The notes under the pieces were generated by a model. The model was not told the DNA's origin. It did no database searches and worked only from the letters and a program-made list of their open reading frames with translations. A stretch of 64,000 nt of DNA, taken from NCBI GenBank assembly GCA_050273025.1, contig CP158635.1, positions 13,020,001-13,084,000 of the forward strand. Reading direction: 5' to 3'. The DNA comes from Cenococcum geophilum. Its lineage: Eukaryota. This document shows positions 49,873 to 63,716 of the stretch, one piece after another; within the stretch, counting starts at the first letter, position 1, and every line of letters starts with the position of its first letter. Both the position numbers and the translations under genes were made by a program.

Positions 49873-51024
49873 TCTCCCTTAAGACTAACTTCTCTATTAT
49901 AGGGCTTAGAAACATCCTTATAAAGCTATAATAAATATCTTAGTTTCTCTTTATTAGCTTACCGCAAATAAAAGGTTTATAACATTTTGGCGTACCTTAA
50001 TTCTACAGCCTATTATTATACCGTAAAAAAACTAGAGATAGTATTAGCCTATAAACTTAAACACTGTTTTAAATAAGAACTTACGGTTTAATAATCACTA
50101 AATATCCCTTATGCGGCATGTCCCTTAAGTTAAAAGGGCACCCTAAACGTTCCCTAGGTGGTAAGCTATTACTATTACGCTGTAGATCCTTTAAATCCTC
50201 CATTTTTTTTTAAAAATAGAAATGCCGATAGTATTAGGCAACGAAGAAGTTACTCCTAGGGTCCTAAGTATAGATAGCGCGAGCCTAATTTATATATAAA
50301 GGTATAAGGCAGTATAAGCCTCTAAGGCTTTATACAGACTTTATATTTCTCTTCGCATCGCACTTTATATACTTATAGTGTCTCAAATCCCATATAAGTG
50401 CTAATAATAACAAGATATTATAGGCGGATGGCTTTAGCCAGCGGAGAGCATAAAATTACGCCTTATTATTGCGGCGGTACTGTTTTAAAGCAGAGCGTAT
50501 TACCCAAATTATTTCTTCTTTAGAATATCTAGGCTAGTTTATTAGTATTTTTCAATCTTACCCAGTCGTCTTATGTCTTTACGGCAGTAATAGATCTATT
50601 ATATATCTAATTAAATAAGCTTTCCGGTACAGCTACGGTTTAAATAGATTTTTATACGTTTAATAGGCGTTCTACGGTAAACCCTATAGGGAGGTTATAC
50701 GAAGAAGCTACCTATAAGCGGCCTAGAGAAGATCCAAAGAGATATTCCTAGATAGTTAGCTTAGAAGCTCATAGAGATAGACGCGGCTAAGCTAATACCG
50801 TCCCCCCTATAGTACTGCTTCTATTATTCCGTATCTAGTGCAGAGGCTAATATTATATAGTATAGTAAAGGTTATAACTAGAATAAGGAAACCCTACTTA
50901 AGCTATTAAGTTCGCCTTTTTTTGTGTCGACCGTATCCGATAACTATTAACTATAACTTCTAACCGTTACGTTAAAAGAGTTCCACCTCCAATATAAACA
51001 ATTTATTTAATATATTTACCCTTA

Positions 51025-52500
51025 TAGACTATATCTTTCTAGAATAGATTTAGGATTCCTTAATAGTGGACCTTAAAGATCTTATTCTTACTAAACCTAA
51101 CCTAATATCCGGATCTTAGGAAGCTAATATTCTCTCTCCTTATATAGATGACTTTTAATATAATTACGGCTTAGATATAGCTATAGTTAAAACTACAGAT
51201 ATAGTCTCTAAAAATATAGACGCTTCCATTAACGATATGGATATAGATAACGTCCTACTCTAGAATTTTCTATATAAGCCTACTTTTAGCACAGACTGCT
51301 TAAATCTAGAAGATTTTAAAGGTAACTAGACCAATCCTAATCTAGCCTTCGCTCTATTTAATAAAATAATACAGAATCTAGACCAATATATTAGATTAGA
51401 GAAATCTATCTTAGATAACCCACCTAATAGTATTAATGTATTAGATAAAACCTTAGTATTCTCTCCCTTAGAAGACTTCGCGTTAAATAAGCAACTAGCA
51501 GAATAGGCTAATAAGCAGATTAATAAGCTACTAAATAAGCAGCTAGGTTAGTATAGAAATAAGTAACTAAGGGAGTAGCTAGACGAGTGGCTAAATAAGC
51601 AGCTAGACTAATACCTAGATAGCTAATTAGATAAGTATCTAGATAAGTAACTAAGTAAGCGGTTAGATAAGTTCCTATATAAGCAGCTAGATAAGTCGCT
51701 AAAGAAGCAGCTAAACTAATACCTAGATAGCCAATTAAATAAGCAGCTAGACGAGCACCAGGATAAGCAACTAAGGGAAGAGCTAAATAGTTAGGCGAAT
51801 AAGGAGGACGACTAGCACTTCTATATAGAAGATATCGAGCCCTAAAAACAGCTTTAGAGCCCCTAAGAAGTATTAAATAACAAAAATTAGGGCTTAGGAA
51901 GATCCTTAGCTGGTATATAAAGTTAAAAACAAAGAAGATATAGAAGTAAACTAATAGACAGCAGATCTAATCATTATTAATAATAAGGTGGATTATTATA
52001 TATATAAAATACAGTCTACCTAATACCGAAGGTCTTCTCAAACTAGGAGGCAATTAATAACTTTAGATAGTAATAAGATGCTATAATACAGTAATTAGTA
52101 TAACTTGACAGCCCTAGCTAATAAGGTTGTATTAGAGTGGGAGCAGATATAGGCGGATTAGTTTAATATATTAAAGATCGTCGGGAGATATTAGTACCTA
52201 GAAATTAAAGAGTTCGAAAAGAATATATAAGAAGAGGTTATAGATATACGCTTATTGTAGAGATCTAGGGTTTCTCTTAGCGTAGGAAAGATGCTTACGG
52301 ACCTATAGAAGAGCTTTTGTATCCGTCTTAAGGGAAATAATAAGATTTCTAAGACTGCGCGGAGTTATATAGGCCTTTTAGATTAATTTGCTAAATACAA
52401 GTATATACTATATTTAAGAGAGTTATAAAGATAAGGTTATATAAAATATATAAGCTTCTTATAATATTAAATAAGTCCCCTATTTAATTCTAAGCGTAAA
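51025..52500 (+). pseudogene. Gene relic with tetrapeptide (D/N-E/K-Q-P/L) repeat, unknown function
   Basis: Continuous acidic frame from about 51025. A 12-bp degenerate repeat GATAAGCAGCTA/GACGAGCAGCCA at about 51485-51790. Confidence 0.45.
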
Positions 52501-53959
52501 ACTTAGCTTAGTTGGATCATTAGCTTTAAGCAATAATTAACTTATTAGGGCTACCCCTAAACACTAATATGTAGAGCCCCTTATCTAGTTCTAGATAGAA
52601 TAGGAACTATATTCTTAAACTTCTTCTTAGTTACGGTAAAGCCGGCTAAATATATTACGGCTTTATCTCCTAACTCTTACTTATACTATATGCCTTAGAA
52701 ACCATAGCATAGCGCTTAAAAAGTAGCATTGCTTTTACCCACGTTATATAGATTTAGGCAGAAATATTAATCTTAGAGTAACTCTTCTCTAGTTGCTAAA
52801 ATATACGGTATTTATATAAGCTTCTTTATATTAATGCTAATAAGAGCTAGAAATACTGCCAAATTTCTTAGCTTTAAAATAGTTTAGTATAGGGTTATTG
52901 GCAAAATAGGTATAGATTACTAGAAATAATAAATAAGTAAGTAAAGCTTTAGTTTCGGAATTAGTAAGTTATTTTTATAGCTTTAATATAACTTTATTAA
53001 ATAAAAGTATACTATAGGAAAGTAAGATTAATATACTTACTAAATAAACCGTAGTTATATACTCTTTGTGTATAAAAATCCGGAAGCTTCGTAATATAGA
53101 GTAATAGCATTATAATTATGTTATAAAAAGCTTAGATGCGATTAAAAGATAGCTATATTTTAGCTAAGAACCAAATAGAGGCAATAGAGAAAGTACTTCT
53201 ATTAATAGTTATACCTCCTAATAGTCTTCTTATCTAACTACTTGTATAGCATTAGAACCCTTAATAGAGGGTAAACTAATTTTTAAGCCCTAATTTAAGA
53301 AGCTTTTTTAAAAGAAAAGGGTAGTAATTAGAAAACTATTTTAGTAAGTGCAGATATAAAGTAGGTGCTAAGAAAGTACTAATAGTAGATATATGAAAAT
53401 GAAAACGACTTTAATCTTAAAGAACTAGAGAAATTCCTATAGGAGAAGCCCTACGAATTTGGCGATAAGTAAAAGTCCTACTATACTTCCTTCTAACCCT
53501 TTTTTACTACACTAGTAAAGGTATATAATTCTACTTAGTAAATTACAATAGATGGAATAAGCGCTAAAGAGTATATACTAGATATTATTCTTTAACTCTT
53601 TAATATATAAATCTATAAGCTTACTAACCTTAAATATAACTGGTACTTACTTAGGATATAAGTGTTTAAGCTTAGAAAGAAACTTATAGAGTTTAGGGTT
53701 ATTATTATATATTAGTTATCCTTTATTAGTAATATAGTAAATAAAATCTTCTACCTATGTTAAGAGATTTAAGAAATTATTATAAATTATATAGAGCTCG
53801 GAAGAGGTCAAGCTAAAAGAAATAAAAGTAGGAATTTTAAAACGTAGATAGACCACTAGGCGTTCTATAGGCGTCCTATAATTTCTTATTAAATTTCTAC
53901 TTTATTCTTTTGTATAGCATTATACTTATAAAGTCTTGCTTACTAAATTATACTAAATC

Positions 53960-54873
53960 CTAAGTTTTCTATTATTACTTAATAATCCGTCATTGTTACT
54001 CCGGCTTGGTTTATTAATGTTAGTAGTATTAATTCGCCCTTCTACTAGGTTACTTTGGCGCAATTTATTAATAGGGTGGCTAGAACTCCGTAACTTATTA
54101 CTACAGTTTAAAACCACTGTCTTTTTATTACTATCTTTATTACTATCCTCTTCCTATCCTTAATTATAAGGTGTAATATATATAAAGCTAGGGTATATAT
54201 AGATTGTCTCCTAAGCTCTTCCTATAGACCTATAAAAATTATTAGTAATCTAATTTAGGTTTATTTAAGGCATTATATATAATAGGACTTATTTAATAAG
54301 TATAGAAAAGAACTATATTTTAGCAAGGCTTAGTATTTAAAGGAAAGGTAGCTTAATCTAAGGATATTTAGAGGTAAGGTAAATGCCACCTTTATAATAT
54401 TTCCTCTACTACTTAATAGAGCTAAGGTTAAGTTTAAAAAGGGAAACTAATATTGCCTAAACGAGGCGAAGTATATTAGCGGCCCCTTTACCCTAAAGCT
54501 AGCGCGTAATATCTATTAGCTATAATTACTCCTTACTTAGCGTGCTATCTGCGCCTAAAAGTATAGGCTACTTAACTAAATCTAATGGTGGCTGTTTAAA
54601 TTAAAGGAGGTATTGCTAGGGGTAATTATTAGCTAAGCTGTTACTAAATATAAATACCTAACTAAAATATATTATATTAGTGTGGAAGAACTAACGTACT
54701 AGTCTCTAGCTTTATAAGTAGTGCTTAGCTACTATTACTTATTAAATTATAAGTAGTCTTAATATACTACCAAAGTTACTAAAAGCAGCTCCAAGTATAA
54801 AGCGCTAGGATTCTTTGCACCTATTATAATTTAGCGCTCTGTTACTCTTAGAGGCAGCTAAGTAAAATGGCAT
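53960..54873 (-). pseudogene. Possible gene relic, unknown function
   Basis: ATG at 54873 (MPFY.AAS...), protein-like frame with an acidic patch near 54130-54160. No motif recognised. Confidence 0.25.
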
Positions 54874-57329
54874 TTAATAATAACTTTATGGTAATACTTT
54901 AAGCCCCTTTAACCGTTATAGATAAATCTATAAACGTCTTAGCTATAGTATAGGAAGCTATAGTTTAAGGCATATAGATTAAGATCCTATCTAACTAAAT
55001 TTTAGGATATTAGTAAAGCGGGCTTAGCTATATATGGGATACGGTTTAGTATATTAGAAAGAAAGCAGCAACAGCCTCTTCTATATAATGCCTTACTCTT
55101 ATAGAGGCGGAGTAAGCTTATACGTTATAACCTATACATTTTACGTTGGTCTAGGCTATAAAATAGCAATAGATATTAATTATACCGCTAATAAGGTTTA
55201 AGGATCTGTCTAGCCCTATATATAGGTAGGAAGGAGAATATAAAAGGATCTTACGTCCCCTTACTAGGAACCCATATAAAATACTTTTTAAATAATTTAT
55301 AGCATATATTCCGTCCTAAAGTTAGCTAATTAAATATTAATAATAAAGGTTATAGAAAGAATAATTAATATAAGTAATAGCAAAATAATAAGTGATGGAG
55401 AAAGATATATAGAGAGATCTAGAGTAAAGGGCGTATCTATTAGAGGAAAGGCGCTTCTAAAGATAAGGAATGCTTCCCATACTATAGTAGTAAGAGGCCT
55501 TACTAATAGGGCACTAGAGCTAAAGCTAAAACCGGAACTACTAAGGCTCTAAATTAAAGTGTAAGAGAGATTAACTTGGCGTTATAACCTAGAAGTTATT
55601 ATAAGTATATAAATATATCGCAGTTAGGTTAGAACTTACTATCTTAGATATTACCAATAATACGTTTAATAGCAGCAATCCTAGTTACGCTATTGCTCTA
55701 TAGATAAGCTATTTATAGACTAAAATTAAAATTAAGATACTAGAGAAGGCCAACCAGAAGCTAAGAGAGGAGGTGGTATCTCTTAAAAGAAAAAGGGGAA
55801 TTATAAATAAAATGTAGTAGGGAAAGTATAGAGATACTAGTAAGCGTATTATACTTAAGGTAGAGGTATATCTAAGTAATAATTAGGGTAAATACCTGAC
55901 GATTCTTATATAGAGGGTTAGTTTAATAGAAGTGGATAGATATCTAGCACGTGCGCATTTTGTTTATAGGTAAGTAGGGTTAAGAATTTAGTGCCTTATA
56001 TAACTAATACTAAATAATATCTCTATTAATCCTACATTAGTTATTAATATAGCCCCTTAATAGTAAATAGGGTATTTTTTATACTTACTATATCTATTAA
56101 ATAACCTAAAGACTAAAAATAAAAAAGCTAATAAAATTATTAGAAATACGGAATAGTAAACTATATTAAGTTTTTAGTCTAATATTACCTATATAAATTC
56201 TACGCATTCCCTTTAGGCTCTTTTATAGTAGTACTATAAACTTATTCTAAGGCAGTCTTCCCTATAGTATCTTATAACGCCACCTTATTAATACTAACAG
56301 CTATATTATATATAGCTTAGATATTTTATATTACTATTTAATTTTTATAATCCGTATCCGCGCATATATAGGTAGAGAGAATACTAGTTCTCGCTACCAG
56401 TGGAGTACTTAAAGGATTTCCTAGATTTCCTTAAGGATATAGTAAGAAATACTTATTATAAGTACTACGGACCCCCAAATTTAAAGATCTATTTATAGTA
56501 TATCTTCTTCCTCCTAATACTCGTAATAATAATATTCTTCTATCTACTGATCTTATATATAAAGATAGTTAATTACAGCCTAATTAGATAGTGGGAAGTC
56601 TAATATTATCTACCTATTCTGGTAGTACTTTACTGCTAATATACTAGGAGAATGGCCATATTACCCTACTTAATTAGACTCCCGGTAAAATTTCCTTTAG
56701 AAATATCTTTATCTATAAAACAGATTAGTCTTTATTATTAGATACTCTTAAAGGAATTTATAATATATAGACGCTAAATAGCAATAGCGGTAATACTAGA
56801 GAACGTCTTCTTAAAGAAGTATTATTTAATAATAGTACCTGCTACTAAATTAATAGCAGCCCAGAATTAAACTGCCGGAGGGTTTTACTATAGCGGCATT
56901 ATAAGTCTTTTAAAGGGAACGATTTGTGGTATAGAATAGAAGTTACTCTCCCTAAAGATCTAGTTAGAGGAAGTCTCTATATATTATACTAGGTTTAGAA
57001 TTAGCTAATAGTTATAAGCCCGCCTATATTACTAAAGGGTAAAATTAAAATATATACCACCTATATAGATATATTAATTATTTAATAGCGAATTAAGTTC
57101 TAAATTATGTAGTAAAAAATTTAGTAGATTAAATTATAACTTATAAATTTAAAGTATAGTTATGCTTTACTAATTAAAAACTATATCTATTAAATATAAA
57201 ATAGAACTTAAAATTTAAATTTATAGTAAATATATAGATAGTTTAAAGCAGTAACTTAATATCCTTATTAAATCCCCTAGAAAATACCTATTAAAGCTTA
57301 ACTTAAAATATACACTCCTAAGCTTTAAC

Positions 57330-57678
57330 AGCTTTAATATTAGTAGGGACAATAATAACCTTAGATCCCTATAATAGATTAGTAATAGCATATTAAGAAA
57401 TTCCTAAGGAGATCTTTTACCTATAAAAGCTTTTCCGGCTAGAATAAGCTCTTATTAGAAATATAAACGAAGTGCTTTCCCTTATAACGTACTATTATAA
57501 ATATTTTAGCTTTAGTTAGATTGCTAAGCTTATTAGCTTTTTTAAATAACGTGCTACTTCGTCTGCTAAACCTAAGTTATTACCATTTTTCTAGAGTTTA
57601 TGTGTGGACTTTACCCTTATCTAATAGAGTTATTTTAATTCTAGGTTTTATTCCATCTTCTTTAAAAGCATTGCCCAT
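57330..57678 (-). pseudogene. Small MADS-box/SRF-like gene relic (copy 2)
   Basis: Reads almost unreverted: RFSRRSSTLFKKANKLSNLTKAKIFIIVRYKGKHFVYIS....WPEK (about 57430-57575), i.e. MADS FSKR..TLFKKA.EL..L..A.V..IV....GK. Confidence 0.7.
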
Positions 57679-58479
57679 TAGAGATCTATTAGGGCCCTAT
57701 TTATCCAATATAACATTACTATAGCTTAACTATCTTAGTATTAGCCGTAGGGTTATCCTTAGGGTGTTATATTATTGTATAGGGGTTCTAGTTACCTTGC
57801 CTTCTAAAAAAAACGGAATCTACTTAATAGGTAACGCCTGTAAAGAACCTTTAAGGGGTATAAAATAAGATATACTAATAGGTAATAATTTTAGTAACAT
57901 TTTAAGAAGCGGAGAATTCGTTAAATTAATAGTATGCTTTCTCTTTTATCTTTTAGACTATAGAGTGGTATAATCTAGCATTTAAGAATCCTTTATAGGC
58001 TTATATACTGTTTTATAAAGTTTAAATAGGTCGCTAAAGAATTATAAGAGCTTACTATATATTCTAAACTTATAAAAGACGTATAAGGGGAAAGAGTAAA
58101 GATTAGAATAAAGAGTTTGTAAATTAGAATATAAGAACTACTAATAACTACTACTTATATCTTATACGCGTAGAATAGATTTAAAAATCTTAAATTAGTT
58201 TCTACTTAGTGCGTACTATAGCGTTAGCGGGAATATAAGTAGTTAATAGTAGTATACTAAGGACGTACCGCCTAAAGCCACAGCGCTTAAGAAATCTTAA
58301 TTTTGATTTACGCTAACACAAATTTATTCTCTAGAAAAATTAACCCTTAGTTTTAAGGGACATAATAGGTCCTTTAATTAAACTATAATAATTGCCCTAG
58401 CTAGATTTTCTACTTTAGCAGTAAGTATTTTTACCGCTTAAGTATAACTACTTATAGTCCTAATTAACAGTTATAGAGA

Positions 58480-59265
58480 ATATTACTATTTAATCTACTA
58501 ATTAAAATATTATTATTAATAGCCGAGAACCTATAAGTAGAGAGAGATATTAACGCTTTCGCCTAAATAAATAACCGCCTCTATAGTATTCTAAATCCCT
58601 ACCTTTATTGCTATAACGTTAAACGGGAGAATAGTATAGCACTAATATAGGCTGTAAAATAAGGACAAGATGTAACTGCTTAAAAATCTCTTAAAGCTGC
58701 TAAAATTAGAGTAGCGACTTAATATCGATACTATAGGCGTGCGGATTTATTATAGGTAGTAAGGAATAGACATAAATTAGTAATACAGCTATTAATTAAA
58801 AGTGGACTTAGTAGTCTTAACCTAGAGGACTTTTCCTATAAGCTGTTATACGCTATAAGGTTTAGGCGGACGGTAGTAATACAGCTACTCTTAAAAAGCA
58901 TTAATATAAACTATAAGTAGGAAAACAGCCGGATACCGCTATTATTAGCTATAGAAAAGGGGTATAAAGATATAGTTTAACTGCTTCTAGAATATAAGAA
59001 TGTTTATATTAATATAAGAGACCGCTTTAGTTAGATACTACTATTATAGGCTGTCGATTATAAGTATAATATAGTAGTATAACTTTTAGTTAAGTATAGG
59101 GGTGTTAATATTAACTTAAGGGACTCCTTAGGTAGAACGCCGTTATCTATAGCTAAAGTATATAGGGATGCTATAATAGTCTAACTGCTTCTAAAGTGCA
59201 AAAGTAATAGTCTAAAATTTATAGACTAGTATAGTAGTACAAGCAGTCCTTTAATCTAATATTAA
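58480..59265 (+). pseudogene. F-box-like plus ankyrin-repeat gene relic
   Basis: N-terminus LFNLP.EILLLIAENL...RDINAF...N.RLY.ILNPYLY. Ankyrins GRTPLSLA.EKGH.DIVQLLL, GQTPL.WAV...H..VVQLLV, DSLGRTPLSIA...G...IVQLLL. Confidence 0.85.
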
Positions 59266-61799
59266 AGGATAGGTAAAGATTAACTTAAAAGTAATCTAAC
59301 TCTAGTATATAGATTAATTAGTAGGTCCGTAGTTCTTAATAATATAGTAAATATAAAATTCTATAGATTAGCTAACTCTTCTTTTTACTAATTAATGTAA
59401 TTATTTCTTATATACCTTAACCTCTTAGAGATCTACTTCCTTTCTATATTAGTGAGTTCTTACTATATACTAGGCCCAGCTTTATATTTAGCTATAGTAA
59501 TTATATAGTTAGCAGTATAGCCTAGTATATTTAATAACTATAGCCTTAGCTAGTATATAGCTATATTTAGCAATAATTTCTAATTATAGAAAATACGCTA
59601 TAATAAAATAAGCTAGAAGTAGAACCTAAAGCTAAAAAGAGATCCCTAGGCTAAAAAGAAGGGCACACTATAATTATTGCCATCTCTTTCGCTAGAAGTT
59701 ATTACCCCTCTTTATATTTATCTTATTATAGAGTATAGGGTTAATGCATCTGCTATAGAGACTAATTTTATTTAGGAATAGCGTCTAAAATATAGGGCGA
59801 ATAATAGATTAGTTAGCTAGACACTAGGATTTTACTACCCCTTTAAAGCTCTTTATATATTTAATATTAACTACTACTTTAATACTTATAGACTTTATTA
59901 TAGTACTACCCCCTAGCTATAGCTGTAAGAATCTTATTAGCTAAGGAGTTTTAAGCACTATATATCGCGATAAACTTCAAAATAAGGTTATTAAAGCTCT
60001 AAATAACGCGAATTCTTAATGCTTTATTAAAGTTAAAAAGAAGATCTATAAGAGACTTAGTTAATATAATAGACTCTTATAATACTATAGCAGCAAACTT
60101 TTCTAGAAGGATAACTGTACGGCGATATATTTAGAACGCGCTCTAAATAGCTAGCTTTATAGGTTTCTTTAGGATAAAAGTAATAACATTAATTAAACTT
60201 TATAAATGTGTTAGATTTTATAGCTTATAAACGTTCTTAAATTTATTTACTCTAGAGGTGTTATATATAGTAATATTTTGTACTATAATATTCTCTTAAA
60301 TAAATATTTAAATATAAAGCTAATTAACTTTACTAGTTTATTAATTAATAGGTCCCCTTTTCTTACTTTATACTCTGTTTAAGCCTAACCTCTATATTTA
60401 AGTACACCTTAAAAGAATAAAATTTTTACCTTTAGATTGGCTTATTATTATATCTTAATGCGTTATATTACCTTTTATAAACTTTCTAATAATAATATAG
60501 AGGATTATTATAAATAAGGAATATTTCCCGAATTAAAGTCCCTAGGGGCCTTTAGAGTTATTATTAGAGGCTATTAAAACGGTAAATATAACTATATAGA
60601 TGGCGTTATTAAAGAAATAAATAAGTAAGGTATGTTTATAAAACTATAATTTTTTTAAAACTATTTAAACTTATTTATAGGTTTACGGAATCTATCTCTA
60701 GTAGCGGCGCCATAGTATTTCCTCTATACTCTTAAGGCTTTCCTTTTAATATTTATAATATCTTATCCTTTACTTAAAAATCTAAAGGCTTCTCTATTTA
60801 GATTTATACTTTACCTATTTCTTAGGCGTTATTAGCGTTAATAAAGGCAAGTTTTGTACTTTATAAATCTATTAGTTTTACTATCCTTATATATAGTATA
60901 ATATACTAACTATCCTTTATTTTAGATATACTAGATACTTTCTGCTTACTAATAAGCTCCTAAACTACACTATACTTTATATTATAGGTATTAGGTTAAA
61001 ATACGCTTACCTACCTAGCGTAATAGCGCTAGGGTAGGGAACAATACGATTTATCTTTAAGGAATATTTTGGTTTCTTTTAGCACTCTTTATATTCTACT
61101 ATAATCTTAGTAGATTAGTATATCTTAAGTATAGAGAAGTTTATAACTAAATAAATTCTTTTAAGCGTATTAGTGGTAAAAGAGAGGATTTATATTTTAG
61201 CTTTAGTGTAATATAAATAAATAGCTATAGGTACTATAATGCCTAGTAATATAATAAGTCTCACAGCTTATAAGGCTCTGTTTTAATTAGAGATATATAA
61301 TATAGATATATTAGCAGTAAAATTTAGATAAAAACGGCTATATATAGCAACACCGCCTTAAGAAAATGCACTTAAATAATTGGACTATTAAATATAAACC
61401 CTAGCTTCCTATCTCCGTAGGACCCACTATTATAAAGCTACTAAAAAGCGGGGATATTGTAGTTTATGTTAACCTAGATATTAGCCCTACCCTATAATAT
61501 ATATTACTATATAACCGGACCCGCCTAGGACCTAGCATATTATCTTAAACTTATACCTTCTAAAATACTAATATTAAATTCCTATCCCGCCTTAAATACT
61601 TTAAACTAATAGGACCTTAGTCCTAGTAAACAGTTAAAAGCTTATATAGAAACTTACTAAGCCTATACCTTTACGCCTCCTAGGCTTATAATATATACTA
61701 AAGCCATAATCGCCTTATAATTGTGGTGCTAAAAAAATAGGCTAATAATAGGAAATTATAAGATATTGCAGAAAATGCGCTATAGGGCCCTACTATTAT

Positions 61800-63716
61800 T
61801 ACCGTCTCTTCTACCTAGCGGGCTAGCCCCTTTTTTTCTATATAGTAGGCCAGGCCTTTAATTTTTAAACAATAATGCGCCTATAGTAATCCAAGAGTTC
61901 TCTTTAAAAAGTAGTCTTTAATCTGTTCCTATAGAAAATTATATTTCTCCTTTAATTTAATAAATAGCGCGTCTTTATTTTTAGTAAATTTTACTTTAAA
62001 CTTTAGCTCTTAGGGCTTTAGGTCCTAGGGCTGTTTACTAGGTTAAAAGGTAAAGGGAATTATTAAGGAAGGATATCTAGTATATATAACCCGTTTTCCT
62101 AGCGTCTAAAAGCTACTTAGATTAACTATTCTTCCAAATTAGTATTTAAGACGGCTTTTAGTATTACTTTACTAGAGTTAAAGTTAGGGGCTAAGTTTAA
62201 TAGCAACTTTTAAGTATAAAGGCGATTACATATAGAGAATCTAGCCCGCTTATAATAATCGCTACTAAGTATAGTGCTCTAGTTGGACGTGCGTATAAAT
62301 AAAATTAAAAGAGAAAGGTAAGACCGCTAAAGATAATACTTCGCAGTACGCTTTAGTTTTAATTTACTACTAATAGGCGCTAGCGATCCTTGCTACCCTA
62401 TATACCTATAAACCTTATTACCCTTATTATTATCACTACTATTACTATCACTGCTATTGCTATCGCTACTATTACTATCCCTAGCGTTGTTATTATCTAT
62501 ATTACCGCTATTATTGCTTCCATAGTTATAGTTTTTAGTATTACCTTTATCTACAACCTCGCTATCCTTAGCGTTATTACTATAATTATATTCTTTAGCT
62601 AGGCTATTAATAAAATCGTCCAAAATTTAATTATAATTGTTATTAACCTTATTTTATAGTAATCTAATATCTAATCTAATATTATAAGAAGATAAAGATT
62701 ACTAAAAGGAAGGGCTAGTAGACTATGTAGTAAAGGCCGCTCGCTCCTTAATACGTTTATCGCCATTATTAAGGCTAAGGGTAAAAGGGCTAGGAGGTAA
62801 GGTCTTTTAGGGAGCTAGTAAGCTTTATTATTTCATAGGTTATAGGCTCTTACTACTCTTATTAATAGAAGTATTAGAGATATAATTAATATTATTTAGT
62901 TATTTAATATAATTAAACCTCCGCTTTCTTAACTTCTAGGCTTCTAAAGACCCTTAATTAGTAGTAACTAATATTTTAAGCTTATGCCAGAATTACGGAA
63001 CGGTTTTAATGCGACGCCCCTCTACTAAATTATCCGTTTGGTTGCCGTCTGGCGTTAAAGGTATAGTATAATTATATATAGGTGCGCGTACCTCCTCTTT
63101 TAGCGCTTTTAATAAAGGCAGCTCCTTATTATTTTTATTATCCTTATTACTGCCATTATTCCTATTATCTACTAATTATTAGATAAGGCTATTATAAATT
63201 AAAAGGGAAAGCGTATACCTAATCTATAAGGTATTAGTTAATTATTAACTTCGCCAACTCCGTTAGCTTTATTATTAGTATTATTAGCTTTATTACCCTT
63301 AGCTTTTAAGTCTAAATCGGCTATATTATCTTTAATAACTATTAGATTTACTACTAGTTATTAAAACTATATATTTAGAACTGCTAGGGAAAGAGGGAGA
63401 GTAGTAGGGTAATTATTAGGATAATTACTAACTACTTCCTCTAGCGACTTAACTGTTATTTCTATCTCTATAGAAATCTTCCTTATTGTCCTTATTATCC
63501 TTATTATCCTTATAATACTTATTATAAGCTTTCTTATAATTATATATGCGGTCTATAGGCGCTTTATTAGATAAAATCTCTAAACTAAGATCCTAAGTAG
63601 AATAATATACTGTTAATTACCTAAGCTTATAATGCATCTTAACTTTATAGGAGGAAAAGAAGTACTCCCTTACTCCTCCTTTTAGGCTTACTGCTCGCGC
63701 TTTTCTTAGGGGCTAT
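61800..63716 (-). pseudogene. Acidic low-complexity gene relic with a C-terminal Myb/SANT-like domain
   Basis: Reverted KFTEDEDALFIELKEKYNFPWEQIKDYFSERTLGSLQAHYCSKIK at about 61858-61992. Upstream D/E/S-rich tract (ORF 62393-62623, with N/K read as D/E). Basic start APKKSAS.KPKRRSKGVLLFLP near 63716. Whether this is a single gene is uncertain. Confidence 0.65.

Noticed and set aside
57521..57724. 67-aa plus-strand ORF
   Set aside because: Antisense to the MADS-like relic.
62390..62602. Ile/Thr-rich membrane-like ORF
   Set aside because: Antisense of the acidic low-complexity tract on the minus strand.
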